This document shows, in pieces, positions 60,830 to 64,000 of a stretch of 64,000 nt of DNA (positions within the stretch are counted from its first letter, which is position 1; each line of letters opens with the position of its first letter). Source of the DNA: Lama guanicoe (Eukaryota); assembly GCA_013239625.1 (NCBI GenBank), contig MU054187.1, forward strand, positions 808,001-872,000, read 5' to 3'. The notes under the pieces are model-generated. The model had not been told where the DNA came from, ran no database searches, and was given only the letters and a program-made list of their open reading frames with translations. The translations under genes were made by a program, and so were the position numbers.

Positions 60830-61290
60830 TCCTCTGATGGGCTGAGTCCCTCTGCCTTGTCTTCAGTTCACGGACCCTTTCTTCTGCCAGACCTGGTATG
60901 ATGTGAACCACGCAGCTGCACACTTGATGCACCTGTACTTTCCTGCTCTGCAGTTTCTCTTTGGTGCTTTTTACTAGTTTACGTCTCTTCACTGAAATCC
61001 TCTGTCAGTGCATTGCTCTCTTGACGTCAGTGAGCAACTTTACGACCGTTATTGTGAACTTCCCATCAGGTGAATCAGTTTCCTCTGATTCATTAAGAGC
61101 TGTTCCTGGAGTTTCATCTTGTTCTCTTGTTTGGAACATGTTCCTCTGTTTCTTCATTTTCCTTGGCTCCTTGGTTGGTTTCTGTGCATCACGTAAAACA
61201 GCCACCTCTTCAGTCCTGACCGACTGGTCTTGTGTTATCACTCAGCCTGGCCCAGGCTCTTGGTTGCCTCTCAAATCTTTTTAATTGCCC
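60830..61290 (-). mobile_element. L1 ORF1 remnant
   Basis: MKKQRNMFQTREQDETPGTALNESEETDSPDGKFTITVVKLLTDVKRAMH resembles an L1 ORF1p N-terminus. Confidence 0.75.
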
Positions 61291-63432
61291 AAACCATCAT
61301 TTTGGTTCTTAGGGGCTCCCAGTAGTTGCATAAAATGCAAAGCTCTTGTACAGCTTTCGGTTGAACTATGGCATAATAGTGATCAACATAAAAAATATAA
61401 ATCTGTGAGCATTGTAACAGCCCCCTTGGGCAAGAAAGAGGTAAGCATACTAAATTTCCCAATAAAAAGGGAAAATTAGACTGTCTTCATGACTTGTTCT
61501 TAGCCACATTTCTAGAAAGACTTTCAATTCTAAACTAATTGTCTGTCTGCTAACTTGATGGTGGGTCTGGGGGTCGTGCAGCCTTTGGAAGTTGCAGTTT
61601 ATAGCCTCCTGTAAACTCAGACTGGTTACAGAAGCGCATCCTGCTCACCAAGCCCTCGCTCGGCTGCCTCCGGGCTGCCCTGCAAGCCCGTGGCCTTAGC
61701 TGCTGCTCACAGTGGGTGCCTGCAACGCCTTCCACCTCTTCCCTGGGCAGTTCTGGGTCTGTTTACTCAAACGTCTGCACCGTATCTTCTTTTTGCATAG
61801 TGCTTCCATCAGGCTCTGTTTTCTTGCAAATTGCAGAGACTCAACTCGGAATGCCTTCACCGCATGGCCTGAACCCCAGGAGGCAGGTACAGCGGCAGGG
61901 CTGGTTTGATCAGCAGCTCGGCACTGACCTTCCCATCTCACTCAGCTGTTCCTCTCAAGACTGGCCTCGTCCTCCTGCCACGAGATGCATGCTAACAATT
62001 ACCCTGGTTTCCGGCTGTGTCTCTGGGGAGAGGAAACTTAGTTTACACCCTCGCGCTGCGGTGGGAAAGTGCTCAGGTAGAGAGCTTGACTGGACTTGAC
62101 TTCACCTCACCTCGCTCAGCGACCCTGGACGGCCCCCAGTCTGCCCGCAGCCGTCCTCCTGGACAAACGAGAGCTTCCTGTCCCCAAGGGGAGGTGCCTG
62201 CAGGGACACTCACCTGCGAACGCGGGTTACTTCAGGCGGTTGGGGTGAGAAGCACCGAGACTGCTCTTTGGTCTTTGGAGTAAGTCGTGGGGGCAGAGGA
62301 AAGGATTTGACTGAGCAACGAGAAACGCTTTTGTGACACCCCATCCAGAAAGGTGCAGCGTTGCTTTTGGAAGCTTTTCAGACAAGGAAGTGCATTTCAT
62401 TCCTCATAAACTCTCACTCAGAGTTTTCTCCAGGCTCCCTGGCGGAAATGGGTCGTAGCGCCATGCTGAAAGAAGAAGTCGTAGCAAGAAATGGGACTTG
62501 CTGATGCAAACAGTTCCGGTGGCCTCTTACGGCCAGACGGGAACAGCCTCTTGCAGCAACAGGAGCTGCGTCCAGAGGAGCGGGCCCGGCCGAGAGCTGG
62601 TGCACACAAAGCCAAGGGGACCGGGCTCCCACCCAGTCCGGCCCTAGGCGGCTCTACGTCTATAAGTTGAAACAAACGCGCTGTTTCCTCCTGCAGTTAG
62701 CTTTTTTTCATCTCAGTTAAGGGCAACACAATCCAGGCAGCTGCCAACTGCAAAAAATAACGTGAATAAGACCTGCTTCCGTTCGCCTCTGCGCCCCGGC
62801 TCCACCGCTCCCTCCCGCTCAGGCACGCCCTTCCAGGCATCTTCCCGGCTGCTGAGGCCTCCCCGAGGTGCCCCCGCCCCGGCTGATCTGAAGTAGGGCC
62901 TCTCCCCGGCACAGCCCAGGCGCGGCCAGCAGCATGGGGAGTTGGAGTGGCAGGGTGTACAGACGGGCACGCTCGAGACATAAATTAGAAATGTGCCCGC
63001 CAGTCCATCGCCACCACCCACGATAAATAAAAAAGGCCTTGTCTTCTGTCTTCACGGCCGACTTCCCACTCAGATGGAAATTTGTCGGTAAATATTCTAC
63101 CTGATGGGACCTATTTTTCAAGCAATCAAACAAATATACCATCTCTGCAAATCATTATTTGATTTATTTGCCAACTTCACATATGATGAAAGAAGCTTTT
63201 TTTTTTGCTTCAAAACAGTTTAGCTGGCGCCTAACTGTAAAGCTGTTCAGAAATGTCTCTCAGATTGTACCCTTAAACCAAAAAAATGACTACGGCCCTG
63301 AGCAATAATTATACAAAATGAAAACAATCATCAAGGTAAGGAGCAAGAGGCTGTCAGTAGTGCCTGAATCAGGTAAATACGCTTCTGTCTGTTTCACAGC
63401 AGGTGAAACCCTGAACTGCCCCAGCTCTATCA

Positions 63433-63677
63433 AGACGGAGTGGATAATCTCATGGTTACAGGGGGGACGGGGTGGGGAGGGGTGAATTTGGGAGTCTGAG
63501 ACTTGCAAATATTAACTACTTTATGTAAAAATAGATTAAAAAACAAATTTATTCTGTATAGCACAGGGAACTGTATTTAAGGAAAAAGAACACGTGTGTG
63601 TATGTGTATGACTGGGACACTGTGCTGTCTGCCAGAAGCTGACACATTGTACCCAACTATACTTCAACTAAAAAAGA
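63433..63677 (+). mobile_element. L1 3'UTR fragment
   Basis: atggttacagggggga...ttctgtatagcacagggaactg...tgacacattgtacccaactatacttcaactaaaaaa. Confidence 0.88.
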
Positions 63678-64000
63678 TACAACCAGCGTACAGAGACTGC
63701 ACGTATTTAAACTGCGTAGCTTTATGATATTATAATTAAAACTTCCATTCTGAGGTGACTAGGCTCCCGGCCGTTGTGAGATATAATGCCGAGGTCCTGT
63801 GTGCCCTCCATTTAGTTTCCTCCAGCAACGACACCTTACACAGCTGCTCGGCTACGTGCAGTCATTGCCAGTAGACCGACTTCAATACAGCCCCGGGGTC
63901 TCTGGCTTTTGCATTTCACTTCTGCGTGTGTGTGTGCACGTGTGTGTTCAGTGCTGTGCAGCGTTAGCATGTGTGGAGTCTTCCACGTCCATGACCACGG

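Overview
Mammalian genomic DNA, most likely camelid (camel/alpaca). This assignment is inferred from tRNA-derived SINEs of the vic-1 type and from the L1 3'UTR sequences. One protein-coding gene is recognisable: PPDPFL (C8orf22) on the + strand at ~3.4-5.9 kb. It has three clearly supported coding exons ([76 protein letters not shown]) and an uncertain last exon. By recalled synteny the rest is the gene desert on the SNTG1 side of SNAI2/PPDPFL. It is filled with interspersed repeats: L1 of several ages (one young 1.4-kb copy with an intact ORF2 C-terminus), L2, MIR, MaLR/MLT and ERV1-type solo LTRs, hAT MER elements and SINEs. The most unusual parts are: (i) an orphan CpG island at ~10.9-11.8 kb that seems to grow out of an L2 3' end and carries a 73-bp Sp/KLF-box minisatellite; (ii) a chain of phase-compatible candidate exons downstream of that island; (iii) signs of strong AT-to-GC substitution bias in old repeats and in the PPDPFL protein. 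No prokaryote-type systems (CRISPR, operons) and no tRNA/rRNA genes were seen. Most ORFs in the supplied track are chance or repeat-derived. Repeat family names come from remembered consensus sequences; boundaries without a TSD are approximate.
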